Part shown: positions 40,183-58,352 of the stretch, in pieces
Layout of the letters: the number at the start of each line of letters is the position of its first letter
Position numbering within the stretch: position 1 is the first letter of the stretch
Assembly: GCF_009914755.1 (NCBI RefSeq)
Contig: NC_060933.1
Strand: one strand, 5' to 3'
Length of the DNA stretch: 64,000 bases
DNA from: the human T2T-CHM13v2.0 reference genome, Homo sapiens
The notes under the pieces: generated by a model
Seen by the model: only the letters and a program-made list of their open reading frames with translations
What the model was told of the DNA's origin: nothing
Database searches by the model: none
Translations under genes and position numbers: made by a program

Positions 40183-42339
40183 TATTTGAGCATTTCTAAC
40201 TGGAAGGAAGTGAAAAAGAAAGGTGTGGTGAGTTGAGCACGTGGCTGACTCATTGAGGAGTCCTGGGTTTCAACTGCTTTATCTGTAAGAGCTCAATTTA
40301 ATTCAGAGTTAAGTGCCTAAAAGGTATCCAGCACATGCCTCCTGGGGTTCGGGATGCACTGTTCTTGACCTCACAGAGCATTTATTTAAGCTGAAAGTCA
40401 TGTGCCTGCTGTGAGATTGGGTGCTCTGAGTGTACACAACAGAGGAAATCTGGCTGGTCTATGTTATTTCCTTGGAATGTCTCTTGGAGTCAGCTGTGAT
40501 GCCCCCAGGGGTTCAGGCACAAGGGAGAAAAATGAGTGGACATCCTAAGGCTCTCTGAGGATTTCCTGGTTGCTTCCAACTCAAGTTGAGTATTACAGGA
40601 AGGTTTGGAAGGATAAAAGCCACAAAAATGGCAGTTTCTATTTTCTCTCACCTCCATTTATCAGCCTGGTCACAGCAGCAAGTAACCAAGAGGTCCTAAA
40701 TGCAGTGTCCAAACTGTATGTGGGCCCAAGACCTGCCAAGGTATTCAAGTACAGCCACACTGAAGCTTTGCTTTCTAGGCACAAAGTTTGATTATCTTAT
40801 ATCTGCTTGCCATGCTTTTTAATATAACTGGAATTAGATGTTGGGGTTTCTCAGTCTGTGGACAAATATGCAGGTGCTTATGTATGGAATATTAATGATG
40901 GAGTTTAAAAAGAGTTACTTAAGAAGAAGTATCTAGCATGGGATAACCTTGGATTGAGAAGCACCAAGTGCATCTTATGAATGCATTTCTAGGTCCTAGC
41001 ACAGAACTTGCCACTGTGGGCAGCATGGGAATGTTAGGTAAAGGTAATGGATGAATGGTCTGTGTTCTAATAACCTGCCTGACCTGTCTGGAATTTCCAA
41101 CATTTATCCCACACCCAAAACTCCCATCTTTCCAAACAATATTATATTGCCCTTCCTGCTAAACTGTTTGTGTACGGAAACCTTATGATATATAACAGCA
41201 TGGCATAACCTGATCCATCTTTGCATTCTCCACGTTGATCATAGCTTTACAAAATGACCTTTTTCACTACTGGAGTCATGTCACAGTACAACTTCCAGCA
41301 GTGTTGCTGTTTTGATAATGATAAGGGAAATTAGGTATCATTTTCTTTTGACTCAGGAAGATTATTTTCCCATTGTGCAAGTTTACTAGCCATAGAGTTA
41401 ATAACCCTCATCACCCTTATATGAACTGGAATTTTTATATTATTCTTGGAAATGATTTTAAGTGGATATTTAATTCAAATCTTGTTACTCTTGTGTCCAC
41501 TGAACGTACTACTTACCTAGTCCTTGGTTTAGTCTTTAATGCCCAAACCAAAATTAAGGCCAGTTCTCTACTTATTGTTATAACAATTGCCTGCCCTGTG
41601 TTTCCTGGGTGGTTTTCTTTATTGTTTAAAATTCATTACAGTGATCCTAGTGTGTTGGATACTAGCATAAAAAGAAGTCCCTTCATGTGTGATGTGTTGT
41701 TATTGCTAAATTTTCTTACAATTTGCTTGTAGTAGGTTACTTGCTCTAACCTGCCAGTTGCCTGGAAGGGAAAGGAATATCAAAGGTGAACCTAGTGCAT
41801 GAAGTATTTATGACTCAGATGGTCTCTTCTGGTCTGAGAAGAACTGAAGTTGTTGAGTGGAGTTTGCAGTAAATGGTGGTATCTTGGTTTGATAGCTTTG
41901 GGACAGGAGCACAAACATTTAATGGTGAATTCACGGTATGATGTATTTCAGCCCAAAGTTAAGACCAAAGCACAACTTTAGCCATATATATCTTATTAAT
42001 GAAGCTTATTAAGTGAGTAAAGGAATGAAAATGGAAATGGTTGGAATATGACCATCAGATTCAGGCCCAACGAGAGTATTCTTAAATTCCCAGTCTTACA
42101 TAAGAGGCTGTTTTAGAACTCTGGGGACATTGAATTCCCATAAACGTCTGGTTATAGCTCCCTTGTAGCACTTGTGCTGTTTATTATTGCTTTTATGTCT
42201 GTGTTCTTTACTTAGTCGGGAACTCCTATAGCTAGGAACTGTGTCATAACATCTTTGAATGAATAAATTCATATAAAAGACAGAATTCCACCCTGGCCTT
42301 CCTCAGGACAAGGAAATAGTGGCAACAACATTATCTTTG

Positions 42340-42540
42340 GACACACAAGTGTGGTTTGAATCCTGTTTCTTTTGTTTACTAGCCATGTGCCTTTAGGCAA
42401 ATGTCTTGTCCTTTCTGAGCCTTAGCCTCCTCACCAGTAAGAGTGGGATAATAACCTCAGAAGTTATTAACATATTCAGAACAACCTAAGTGGGTGCTTT
42501 ATGGAGTCACAGCACGTAATGAAGTGCCTAGCATAATGTC
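42340..42540 (+). mobile_element. MIR
   Basis: 'ggtttgaatcctg...ttactagccatgtgcctttaggcaa...tctgagccttagcctcctca'. Confidence 0.7.
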
Positions 42541-42622
42541 ATGATTACTGATAAACTCAGTCAGACACTTAATATCTATTCCTCCATCCAGCTTACCTTT
42601 TGATCTTAAAACACTGATTTCA

Positions 42623-42966
<344 letters not shown>

Positions 42967-43039
42967 CTAGAGGGGCCCTTAAAAATTTATCATTTCTCAT
43001 TTTCAAGTCAGTATCAAAAAAGTCCTATTTCATTAGACA

Positions 43040-43345
43040 TTCATTTATGTATCTATTATCCAGATATTTATTGGGTTCCTGCTGTATTCCAGGCCCTCTG
43101 CTGAGTGCTAGAGGTATATAAACCAGCAAAACAGGTAACGTTTTGGGTTGATCTACCTGTATCTTACTTACAGTAGAGAGAGACAAAAAAGTCAACAAGT
43201 AAATGAAAACATTGTTGTGAAAGTATCATGAGGAAAACCAAATGATGAGGTGAAGACTGGTTGGGAGTGATAGAAAATTATTTTGGATAGAGTGGTGAGA
43301 GAATTCCCCTTTGAGAAATGATGTATAAGCTGAGGCTTAAAGAAT
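43040..43345 (-). mobile_element. L2 3' fragment
   Basis: 'gatatttattgggttcctgctgtattccaggccctctgctgagtgctag...agagtggtgagagaa...aagctgaggctt'. Confidence 0.7.
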
Positions 43346-43904
43346 GAGACACTGCCACCAGTACTCTCCTCTTTGTGGGCTTGGGGGATGTGCAGAACAA
43401 GGACTTCTTGCCTTGTGGGCTAAGGCCATACCACCAGCCTCTACTGTGGTTACCCTGCCCTTGGAGCTAATATCAACAGGTAGGTGGGCCTCCCCTCAGC
43501 TAAGCTGCCAACCTCTCCTCAACAGAGGGTCCTTACCACCCACCCCTCCTTGATGTCTTATAAGCTGATCCCTTCAGACTGGGGGAGGGGGTGGTGGTGT
43601 GTGACTTCTCTCCATTTCCCTGGTTCTGGAACTTTTAATGGACATCCGAATTACAGGGGTTTTGTGAGAATTACATTGTTGGATCCCATATGTAAAAATG
43701 GAGGCTAATCTATCAATTATTAACCCTGGTTGTACTTTAAAATTCTGATTAAGAAACGATTTTTGGCAGGAGAGGCTATTAGCCAAGTGTAATGTATGTA
43801 ACACTTACTTTATAAAGGTATGTTGAATGAATGTATGAATTCTAAATTGTAAGATTTGAAATGAAACCATTGCCATTTTCTCTCATGACATTAGATTATG
43901 GAAA

Positions 43905-44895
43905 GATTTATTTTAAAAGACATGGAAGGCATGAACTGCAAAAGAAAAAAGTGGTAAATTTTAATCAAAATTTAAAACTTTTGTTCTTTGGAAGATAGAT
44001 CTGGGGGAACAAGGCAAGTCATAAACTGGGAGAAAATATTGTAAAGCAAAAATCTAATGAAATGTGTGTGCTTAGAATATGTGAAGAACTCTTACACCAT
44101 ACAAAACAGACAACCCAATAAAAATATAGACAAATGGTTTGTATAGACCTGTCTTAAAAGAAGATGCATAAATGATCAAAAGTATGTGAAATTTCAAGGA
44201 AATGCATATTAAAGCCACAATGCGATACAACTGTATACCCACTGGAATGGCCAAAGTTAAAAAGAGAATACCAAATGCTGGTGACGATGTGGAGCAACCG
44301 GCACCTTTATACATTTTTGTTGGGAATGCAAGTTGGAAAACATTATGGTTGTATAAGATAACATAAAATTGCCGTATAATTCAGCAGTTCAACTCCTTGG
44401 TGTTAGTCGAAGAGAAAGGAGAACATGTTCATACAGACTTTATGTGAATATTCATGGCAGTGCTATTCATAATAGTCTTAAAAACTGGACGCAACCTAAT
44501 TATGGTATGTCTGTACTATTGAATATTATGTAACAACAAAAAGAATAAAATGTTAATACATGAAAAGACATGTTGAATCTTAATGAAACTTTTAAAAGTT
44601 ATGCTAAGTGAAAGATGTCAAACCCAAAAGAATAAATACTGTTCAATTTCATTATATGAAAATTGAAAATTGGCAAAACTAGTGATATAAAGCAGATTAG
44701 TGATTGCCTGGGCTGGTAGTTGAGAGATGGCATTTGACTACAGAAAGTACCAGGAAACTTTTTAGGGTGACAGTATTATTATTAATATATCTTGAATGTG
44801 GTGGGAGTTATAAGGTTGTGTGCAATTATGAACACTCATCAAAATATAAAATTAAAATGAGTGACTTTTCTTACAATTTATTATTTTGTCATTAA
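43905..44895 (+). mobile_element. Old L1M (MD/ME-like) 3' portion
   Basis: 'actgggagaaaatatt...ggaaatgcatattaaagccacaatg...ccaaatgctggtgacgatgtggagcaac...tatgctaagtgaaag'. Confidence 0.8.
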
Positions 44896-46404
44896 TTTGT
44901 AAAATTATAACTTGTACCCCAGTAAAAACATTTTAAAAATATATAGTCTCTGCCAGTTTATCTTATTTGCTTCTACTAATGAAGCATTCTGCAGTGTTTC
45001 ATCATTAAATATAATAATAAAGGATTATTTTTCTAAGCATTTTATATTCTTATTCTTTCAGTAGTCATTATATGACTAGAGAATTTGGAAAAAGTTTCCT
45101 TTTTTCTTTTTTTTAAACCATATTAATCCAATTTGCAGACCTTTTATTTATTTTTCCAAGGGCATTATTTCTACTATGAAAAGACTGGACAGGTTTATGG
45201 GACACATTTTTTTTGTTTTGAATCAAAGAGCTTGTCATAATATTAAAGAAAACCAACAACGTTGGTATGATTCAAAAGGAGCTCTCTCAACCGGCTGTCT
45301 CTGGTAAGACAGGCCCAGTAATGCCCACCTGCAAGGCTGTTGTGAAGATGAACTGAGACCACCTATGTCAGATGTAGCAGACAGCATATGCCCTCAGAAG
45401 GCTGGTAGCTTTACTGTGTTTCTCCATAACACTTCTCATTTCTCGGAGACAAGGTCAGGGAATGTTTTGAAATGTTTATTTGAAAAGTATTTATTGTGCA
45501 TATATTATTTATTCATTTACTTACTATGTCCTTGAAATGGAGACTGTATTATACAGATATTCAGGTCAGCTTTAACATATCCTTTAGGCCTAATCACTTT
45601 TTTCTTTCAACATGCCTAATGTAGCATAATAGTTAATAGCATAGTAGTTTGACTTTTAAAATTGATTTCTAGGGAAGAATGTAAATATAGGAAAGCTTCC
45701 TGATAGAGATTATCTAAACTTAGGCATAAATAATAAGTAAAACTCTGAATTTAGGTATGTAATTGTAGAATCCCTTTGATTATAAGCAAGTTGAAAAAAA
45801 TTGTTTTTTACCTAGATGAGTTTATTTTAAAAAGTTATTAAGCATTTATAAAGGAGCCTTTTTTGGGGTGGCTCCTAATTATTACCAAGTTTCCAATATT
45901 ATAAACTCTGTGCTTGAGTTGAATATTATAGTTTAGGCTTCTATCTCCTAGTAGTGTTTCCAAGCAAACAGTTTTTCCAGTCTCTCAGAAGTTCATTTCA
46001 GTTACCATCTCCTCACTATTCCTGGAGTGTATGTTGCTTATGGTAGCAGCTCAAGGGACAGATGTATGAATGAGAGCAATCCATAAATGTTTGAATTCAA
46101 ATTATAGTTTTTTTAAAATAAATTCTGCTATAAAAAGAAATGAAATATTTGTCCATGCTAAAACATGGAGAAACCTTGAAAACTTTACTTATTTATTTTT
46201 ATTATACTTTAAGTTCTGGGATACATGTGGAGAATGTGCAGGTTTGTTACATTGATATACATGTGCCATGGTAGTTTGCTGCACCCATCAACCCGTCATC
46301 TACATTAGGTATTTCTTCTAATGCTATCCCTTCCCTTGCCCCACATTCCCTGACAGGCCCCAGTGTGTGATGTTCCCCTCCCTGTGTCCATGTGTTCTCA
46401 TTGT

Positions 46405-50181
<3,777 letters not shown>

Positions 50182-50244
50182 TATGATGCTAGCTGGTTAT
50201 TTTGCCCATTAGTGGATGAAGTTTGTTCATAATGTTGACGTTCT

Positions 50245-51270
50245 TTACAATTTTGTTTGTTTTTGCAGTGGCTGGTACTGGTTTTTCCTTACCATATTTA
50301 GTGCTTCCTTCAGGAGTTCTTGTAAGGCAGGCCTGATGGTGACATAACCTCTCAGCATTTGCTTGTCTGTAAAGGGTTTTATTTCTCCTTCATTTATGAA
50401 GTTTAGTTTGGCTGGATATGAAATTCTGGGTTGAAAATTCTTGTCTTTAAGAATGTTGAATATTGGCCCCCGCTGTCTTCTGGCTCCTAGGGTTTCTGCT
50501 GAGAGATCCGCTGTTAGTCTGATGGGCTTCCCTTTGTGGGTAACCTGACCTTTCTCACTGCTTGCACTTAACATTTTTTCCTTCATTTCAACCTTGGTGA
50601 ATCTGACGATTATGTGTCTTGGGGTTGCTCTTCTTGAGGAGTATCTTTGTGGTGTTCTCTGTATTTCCTGAATTTGAATGTTGGCCTGTCTTGCTAGGTT
50701 GGGGAAGTTCTCCTGGGTAATATCCTGAAATATGTCTTCCAACTTGGTTCCGTTTTCCCCATCACTTTCAGATACACCACTCAACCATAGGTTTGGTCTT
50801 TTCACATAGTCCCATATTTCTTGGAGGCTTCATTCATTCCTTTTCCTTCTTTTTTCTCTATTCTTGTCTTCATGCTTTATTTTATTAAGCTGATCTTCCA
50901 TCTCTGATATCCTTTCTTCTGCTTGATCGATTTGGCTATTGATGCTTGTGTATGCTTCACCAAGTTCTCGTGCTATGTTTTTCCGCTCCATCAGGTCATT
51001 TATGTTCTTCTCTAAACTGATTATTCTAGTTAGCAATTCCTCTAACCTTTTATCAAAGTTCTTAGCTTCCTTGCATTGGGTTAGGACATGCTTCTTTAGC
51101 TCAGAGGAGTTTGTTATAACCCACCTTCTGAAGCCTACTTCTGTCAATTTGTGAAACTCCTTCTCTGTCCAGTTTTGCTCCTTTGCTGGCAAGGAGTTGT
51201 GATCCTTTGGAGGAGAAGAGGCGTTCTGGTTTTTGGACTTTTCAGCCTTGTTGCGCTGGTTTTCCCTCAT
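50245..51270 (-). pseudogene. L1 ORF1 (RNA-binding protein) with one in-frame premature stop
   Basis: Track ORFs 50830..51270 and 50245..50805 are in the same frame, separated by TGA at 50830-50832 and 8 sense codons. Confidence 0.93.
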
Positions 51271-52180
51271 CTTTGTGGATTTATCTACCTTTGGTCTTTG
51301 GTGTCAGTGACCTTTGGATGGAATTTTTGCGTGGTCATGCTTTTTGTTGATGTTGATACTATTGCTTTCTGTTTGTCAGTTTTCCTTCTAACAGACCTGT
51401 CTTCTGCAGGCCTGATGGAGTTTGCTGGGGGGCCACTCCAGGCCCTGTTTGCCTCGGTATCACCAGCGGAGTCTGCAGAACAGCAAAGATTGATGCCTGC
51501 TCCTACCTGTGGAAGCTTCATCCCACAGGGGCAACTGCCAGATGCCAGCCAGAGCTCTCCTTTATGAGATGTCTGTCGACCCCTGCTGGGAGATGTCTCC
51601 CCATCAGGAGGCACAGGGGTCAGGGACCCCACTTGAGGAGGCAGTCTGTCCGTTATCAGAGGTCGAGCACTGTGCTGGGTGATCCACTGCTCTCTTCAGA
51701 GCCGGCAGGCAGAGACGTTTAAAACTGCTGAAGCTGTGCCCACAGCCACCCCTTCCCCCAGTTGTTCTGTCCCAGGGAGATGGGAGTTTTATCTATAAGC
51801 CCCTGACCGGGGCTGTTGCCTTTCCTCAGAGATGCCCTGCCCAGAGAGGAGGAATCCAGAGAGGCAGTATGGCTACAGTGGCTTTGTGGCGCTCAAAATT
51901 CTTGTGTTCTAATGATGTGAAGTTAACAGGATGCAGATCACATATCTAAATTGACTTGTAAACATTTATTTTAGGAAATGATAGTATATTCTCTCATCAC
52001 TAATATATTTCTGTTGCTTCAATGTGCAAAACACTGTGCTAGATATTGTGGGGAAGACTAAAATGAATAATAGCTAACACTAGGCAAGTTCACATTGTTT
52101 GTCAGATGCTATGCTAAATGCTAGATGTGGGTGATTTCATTTAGTGCTGAAACAGCCCTGTGACAGAGCTCTTGTTAGTT

Positions 52181-52213
<33 letters not shown>
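52181..52213. repeat. (TC)n microsatellite
   Basis: Direct reading, one TG interruption. Confidence 0.9.
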
Positions 52214-52588
52214 ACCGTTTGAGGAAACTGATGCTTTAGGAAGACATAAAGATACAAATGGTGGAACTGGAATTCAAATTGAGACCACAAAGCTGTTGTT
52301 CTTAAGTCTGTAACATACAAAGCCTCACCTTTCTCATCTGAAAGTGAGGATAACAAGCTAGCTTGTTGCAAAGGTTAAATAAAGTAATACTGTAAAACAC
52401 TTGGTACCACAGAATACTACTATTACTTCTTAATGGTAGTAATTATTATGGCCACCGTAGAGGAGGGATTATAAAGATTAAAATAAATGATACACATAAA
52501 GGATTTAGCATGGAGCATGGCATGTAAGCACTCACCAACTCAAAGAGGCATCCTTTAAATTGGACTGTGAAAGTTGACAGCATTTTTA

Positions 52589-53025
52589 CAGTTGAACTTT
52601 GAACAACACACGTTTGAACTGTGTGGGTCCACTTATATGCAGATTTTCTTCCACCTCTGCCACCCTTGAGACAGTGAGGCCAGTCCCCCCACCTTCCTCT
52701 TCCACCTCAGCCTACTCAACATGAAGATGAAGATGAAGACCTTTGTGATGATGCACTTCTATTTAATGGACAGTAAATATATATTCTCTTCCTTGTGATT
52801 TATTAATATTTTCTTTCTGTAGCTTACTTTATTGTAAAAATACAGTATATAATACATATAACATACAAAATGTGTTCATAACTGTTTGTGTTATTGGCAA
52901 GTCTTCCAGTTAACAGTAGGCTATTAGTAGTTAAGCTTTGGAGAGGTCAAAAGTTATATGTGGATTTTCAACTACACAAGGGGATTGATGTCCCTAATCT
53001 CCATGTTGTTCAAGGATTCCACTTG
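52589..53025 (+). mobile_element. Tigger2a (MER28-type) DNA transposon
   Basis: TA-cagttgaactttgaacaac ... gttgttcaaggattccacttg-TA; internal 'cctcagcctactcaacatgaagatga'. Confidence 0.9.
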
Positions 53026-53879
53026 TATATAGAGAGATCTGTGCTTGAGGGAAAAGAACATGATCAAGATTAGGGGAATGCATGTACAAAGGTGCTGTAC
53101 AAAGATGAGATTAACGCTGTTAGGTAGCCAGTTTATATCTACACAAAGGTACATAGGAAGAGTAAAATGTTGGGTTGGAAAGGAATTTGGGGCCAAATCT
53201 TACAGATCTTCAAGGCCTGGCAAAGAAGTTTGGCTTTGTCTATCTTTTGGAAAGCCATTGTTCTGAGTTAACTCACTCAAAAACATCCAGGGTTTATTTC
53301 TTAGCATTGGTAAATGAATTCTTTAGACACTGAAAAAGGAGGGTTGCCTTTGAATATTTTCTTGTTGTCATTATTATTATAATAAATTTATTTTCTAAAA
53401 TGTACTGAGGTAGTGACTTGACAGAATCAAAGCATCTCAGAAAATGAGTCATTGGCTTCTTTCTAATAGCTGCTTAGGATTCTAAATGTTTGTGTTGGCA
53501 GATCTCACATAATTTTCTTAAGTCTGTGTGAAATGTTCAAAAGAGTTTCCTATGATAATGTTTGGTTCATTCAGGTTGAAAATGATGAAAACAACTTCTA
53601 GAAAGAGATGACAGTGTAAGTTACATCTGGCAACCCAGAAACAAAGTTCTGTAGACTACTCATCATATCAATCATTTTTTCCCAAATTATTATGGTGAAA
53701 CCTAGATACAAAGAGCACTGTTCCATCAGGGATCTTATCTATCTCTGAATAGAACTGTGTTTCCTGTATGATGTTGTGTGTGAGTGCATGTGTATAAAAA
53801 TAAGTCTGTCAATGTGGGCTTTTTTTCCTTTTTCTCTTAACTCAAGGATTAATCGTAAGGTTCTCTAGTGTACATTTTT

Positions 53880-54138
53880 CATTATTGTTTTGAGAAAGAG
53901 TCTTACCCTGTCACCCACAGTGGACAGTGACATGATCTCAGCTCACTGCAACCTGCGCCTCCTGAGTAGCTGGAATTACAGGCATGTGCCACAACACCCA
54001 GCTAATTTTTTGTATTTTTAGTAGAGGCAGGGTTTTGCCGTGTTGGCTAGGCTGGTCTCGAACTTGTGACCTTAAGCGAACCACCTGCCTTGGCCTCCCA
54101 AAGTGCTGGGATTACAGGCGTGAGCCACCATACCTGCC
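53880..54138 (-). mobile_element. AluSz/J-like with internal deletion
   Basis: Antisense Alu lacking ~30 bp between two gcctcc repeats; degenerate TSD ...gtacattttt. Confidence 0.92.
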
Positions 54139-55120
54139 CTATCGCGTACATTTTTAAAGGCACAATTGAAACCAGTGTTCTGAATTAAACCACTCACATT
54201 AGCTTACAAATACTACATTCTGATTTGGTTGGATCTCTGTTTTCAGTATAATTTAAGTGAAAAAAATCATAATTGTATGATAAAGATAAATCGATGTTAC
54301 CAAAGTATATTTAAAAGGGCATTGGTAAATACCACAAAACTTATTTTCTGTTTTAAATGGAAAAAATAGTTTACTATGTGCCTATTTAACTTACACAAGG
54401 GAGTTTGCTTTATTAGAGTAACTGCAAATGAGGCAACAAAATTTTTCTTTTGGCAAATACACGTATTAGGTCTCATTTCAGGTTTGAGGAAAATAGTGAA
54501 TATTTTTAGTTATTTTGAATACAAATATGTAATATTCTTTTTCTGAGAAGCCTAAGTAGTTTTTCTTGCTATGCCTGAATTTTGGCAGATAAACGTGTCA
54601 AACCAATTTGTTATACCCCTGTTGTAACAGAAGTGACAAAGAAAAATCACAGTTCAGAGATTTGACAGGTTTGTACTGAAATGGTGTTTAGTATATCTAG
54701 GTGTTCTATCTAGAAAAAAAGTATAGAATGGCTCAACTTTAAATTGATTAATCTAAAAAGAAAAGCCTTCATAACCACCAGCTTTTATTTAGTGTTCCAC
54801 ACATTTCTAATATTCCAACAAGGATATCTTCCCTGGAGAGAGTAGAGTTGAGATCATACCAACTCTGATTAGAATTTTCACTTAAGAACAGCAGTTGAGA
54901 TGATGTTATCTACATTCAGATTCTCAACTTAGTTATGGAATAAAATATTGCACATGCTGTGTTTGATAAAAAGTAAGTGAAATGTGAGTATTGTCAGGAT
55001 TTTACTTAAACTAGAAATAAATGATATCCTTGTAACAGTTTGAAGTACACAAAAGAACGTGATATATCCTCTTTCTCAAGCCTTAATAATCATGGTATGG
55101 ATTGGTTGAAGATTATTTGA

Positions 55121-55429
<309 letters not shown>

Positions 55430-55839
55430 TTCTCTTGAGGTTTTTATGGCTGAAGCATATTTTTGTAAATCATGTTATTGGTGATATGATGGCTAAAGCC
55501 GACCTGAATACATTATACAGTCTTTCCTATTGTGAACATATTAATTAACTTGTGAGATTGCTCATGATAATTCTTTTTAGGGCATCTTGAGACTGCCTTC
55601 TGCTGCATTAGGAGAGTTTATTGTTTTATGAAATACATGTTTTCTGCCCATCACTGGTCATCTTATGTCCTTAATGCTAGAACAATAGGAATTTTCCCAG
55701 GGCTGAATTCTGGCACCATTTCATACTAGACCTTTTCTCTGTTTCTCCCCTTTTCCTTGTGTGTGTGTGTTTGCACGTGTGCACACATGTATGTGTGGTG
55801 TGTGTGTGTGAGAGAGACATAGAACACCTATTTTGTTTC

Positions 55840-58330
55840 TTGGCTTTGCTTTTTATTGTTTTTTCATTAGTTTTTACTGTTCTTAATTCCTAAGACATAA
55901 TGAATTTTAATATCTGGCAGGGTAAACTTTCAGCTTTTGCTTTATTTTCTTGAAAAAAATGTCTAAGCCATTTTTTTCTCCATGTATATTTTTAGATTTA
56001 CTTTGTTAAGCTTCCTCAAATTCCTGATGGGATGTAATAGGAAATCCTCTGAGACTATAAATTAATTTTACAGGGATTTGACATCTTTAAAATGTTGACT
56101 CATCTCATCCACGAGCATCTTCTTTCTGCATTTATTTAGGGAATTTTAAATGTCCTTTAAAGTTTTGACATTTTCTCCTTGAGAATCTTGTGTGATCTTT
56201 GTTAGATTAATTCCAAGATGTATTGTTTTTGTTGCTCTTATAATTAATGCTGTGTTTGCCTTTTTTCTGGTTATTGCAGAGGAATACTCTTCACTTTGTG
56301 TATATTGGTTTTATATTTGACAGCTTTGCAGAATTGTGTAGTTAGTTCTCCATTACCTTATTAGCTGTATATCTTTGTTTTAGCAGTTTGTGGGTGATAA
56401 ATTCTTTCTGCTTTTGTCTGTTTAAGGAAGTCTTTATTTTGCTTTTTATTTTGAAAGAGATTTGTGTTGGCTAAAGAATTCTAGGATGACATTTTTTTCC
56501 TTGTAGCACTTTAAAGATGTTGTTTTCATATTTCCAATATTTCCTCATCTTTAGTATTGATATTGCTTAACTTGTTTTAAATTCTTATTTTGTCTGTTTT
56601 CTCACTCATTACTTCAGTAGTTATTTTTCCTCTATTTTTATTCTATCTTTAAACTGCCCAGGGTTTACTTTTACTTATGGTGTGAGTCGGGGATCTTTGC
56701 CAAATCATTGCCTCCTCTCTCTTGTCAGTCCTGCCTGAGACTCTTCCAAATTATTAGCCTTTTCAAAATACCACTTAGTGGTTCATTAATCAGTCTGAGT
56801 GATGAATTGATTGACTGGATTTTTTTTAGTTCATTGATTTCTGCTTACATCTTTATTTTCTGCTTTCACATTTCTGGCTTTATTCTCTTGGATTTGTCCC
56901 CTTTGGTGGATTTAGTTATCAGCTAATTGTAAATCATTATTATTTTCTATTGAAGGCATTTAAAGCTCATAATTTACTGTTGTTACTGTTTTAGGTGCAT
57001 GCCGTAAATTTTGGCATGAGTTCTTCCCTTCTCATTATACTTTAAGGATTTTATAGTTTCCCTCATTTCTTCTTTAAATCATTATTATTCATTATTATTT
57101 TTACATATATGTGTTTTTATTTTATATTTCAGATATGTGCAGTCTCTTCTAGTCATCTTTTTTATTGTTTCTACCTTTATTATATTGAGGTAAGAATATA
57201 ATCTGGTGGAGTTTTTGTAATTTTTTGAGGCTTCAGTTTTGGTCTATGAGGTGATCAAGTTCTGTGACTGCTCCATGAGTGCTTCAGAAGAGCAGCTAGT
57301 CTATGTCACAACACTATTAATTAGTGTATTTACATTTTCTCTGCCATTTCTGAGATGGGTGTCTTAATACTATATATTATATAGAGTGAGTATCCCTAAT
57401 CCAAAAATGTAAAATCCAGAATGCTCTGAAATCTGAACCTTTTTGAGCACCAACATGACACTCAAAGGAAATGCTCATTGGAGCATTAGAGTTCAGATTT
57501 TCAGATTACAGATGCTCAACCTGTATTATTAATTGATTTAAATTTTCTATCAGTTGCTATGGGAAACATACTGAATTATCCAATGAAAATAGTTGAATTT
57601 GTTATTCTAGTAGATCTGTTACTTACTTCCTTCTATATTTTGTGGTCATATTTTCAGGTACATATACCTCTGTGATTGTTGTATTTTTGTTCTACAGCAT
57701 TTGCTGTAGGTAAATTTCCTCTTGGTCCTTTATAATGTTTTTGGCTGCAATTCTATTCTGTCTGATAATAAAATTGCTTCATGGGGTTTCTTCCATTTTA
57801 TCCCTCTGTGACATAATACTTTCCATACACTTAACATTGACTGGTTGAATCATGGTTTTCTCAAAAATCCAATCTGAAAAGTCTTTCTTTTGGTATTTAG
57901 TTTCATCCATTTATATTTTCATCATGATTACTTTTCTATCAGGCTTATTTTCACTGTCTTGTTTTCTGTCTTCTATTTATTATAACTGTTTTGTGTCTTG
58001 CTCGCATTGCTGTTTTCTTTTCTACCTTCCAGTGGAAACTCTTTAAATCAGATGTCTTATTTTTTTCCCTCAGTTCTGGGAAATATTTGACTGTTATTTC
58101 TTCAATACTTTCTCCCATCTGTTTACTTTCCTCTATTCTTTTGAGATTCCTAATACTTCTAGCCTCCAGATTTTTTATCTTATATCTCATTCTTTTTACC
58201 TTTAAGATGCCATCTGGAGAGATTTTTGGCCAGGTTTTCTAAGCTACTGTGTAGGTTGTTTGAGCTGTTGTCTTTTATTGATGGTGCTTCTGCTCCTCAT
58301 TTGCCTCATAATTTTCTCTGGACTCATCTT
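55840..58330 (-). mobile_element. Patchwork of old L1M fragments, including an ORF1-like remnant
   Basis: T-rich antisense L1 motifs; peptide 'IEEITVKYFPEL' in ORF 57951..58190 resembles ORF1 'EEI..ENFP.L'. Confidence 0.65.
57382..57523 (-). mobile_element. Tigger4a/MER46-type palindromic MITE
   Basis: 'tgagtatccctaatcc...catgacactcaaaggaaatgctcattggagcatt...gatgctcaacctg'-TA. Confidence 0.85.
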
Positions 58331-58352
58331 TAATTCCTCTGGAGTTATTACC

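Noticed and set aside
57692-57709. 8-bp inverted repeat ctacagca-tt-tgctgtag
   Set aside because: Short enough to occur by chance
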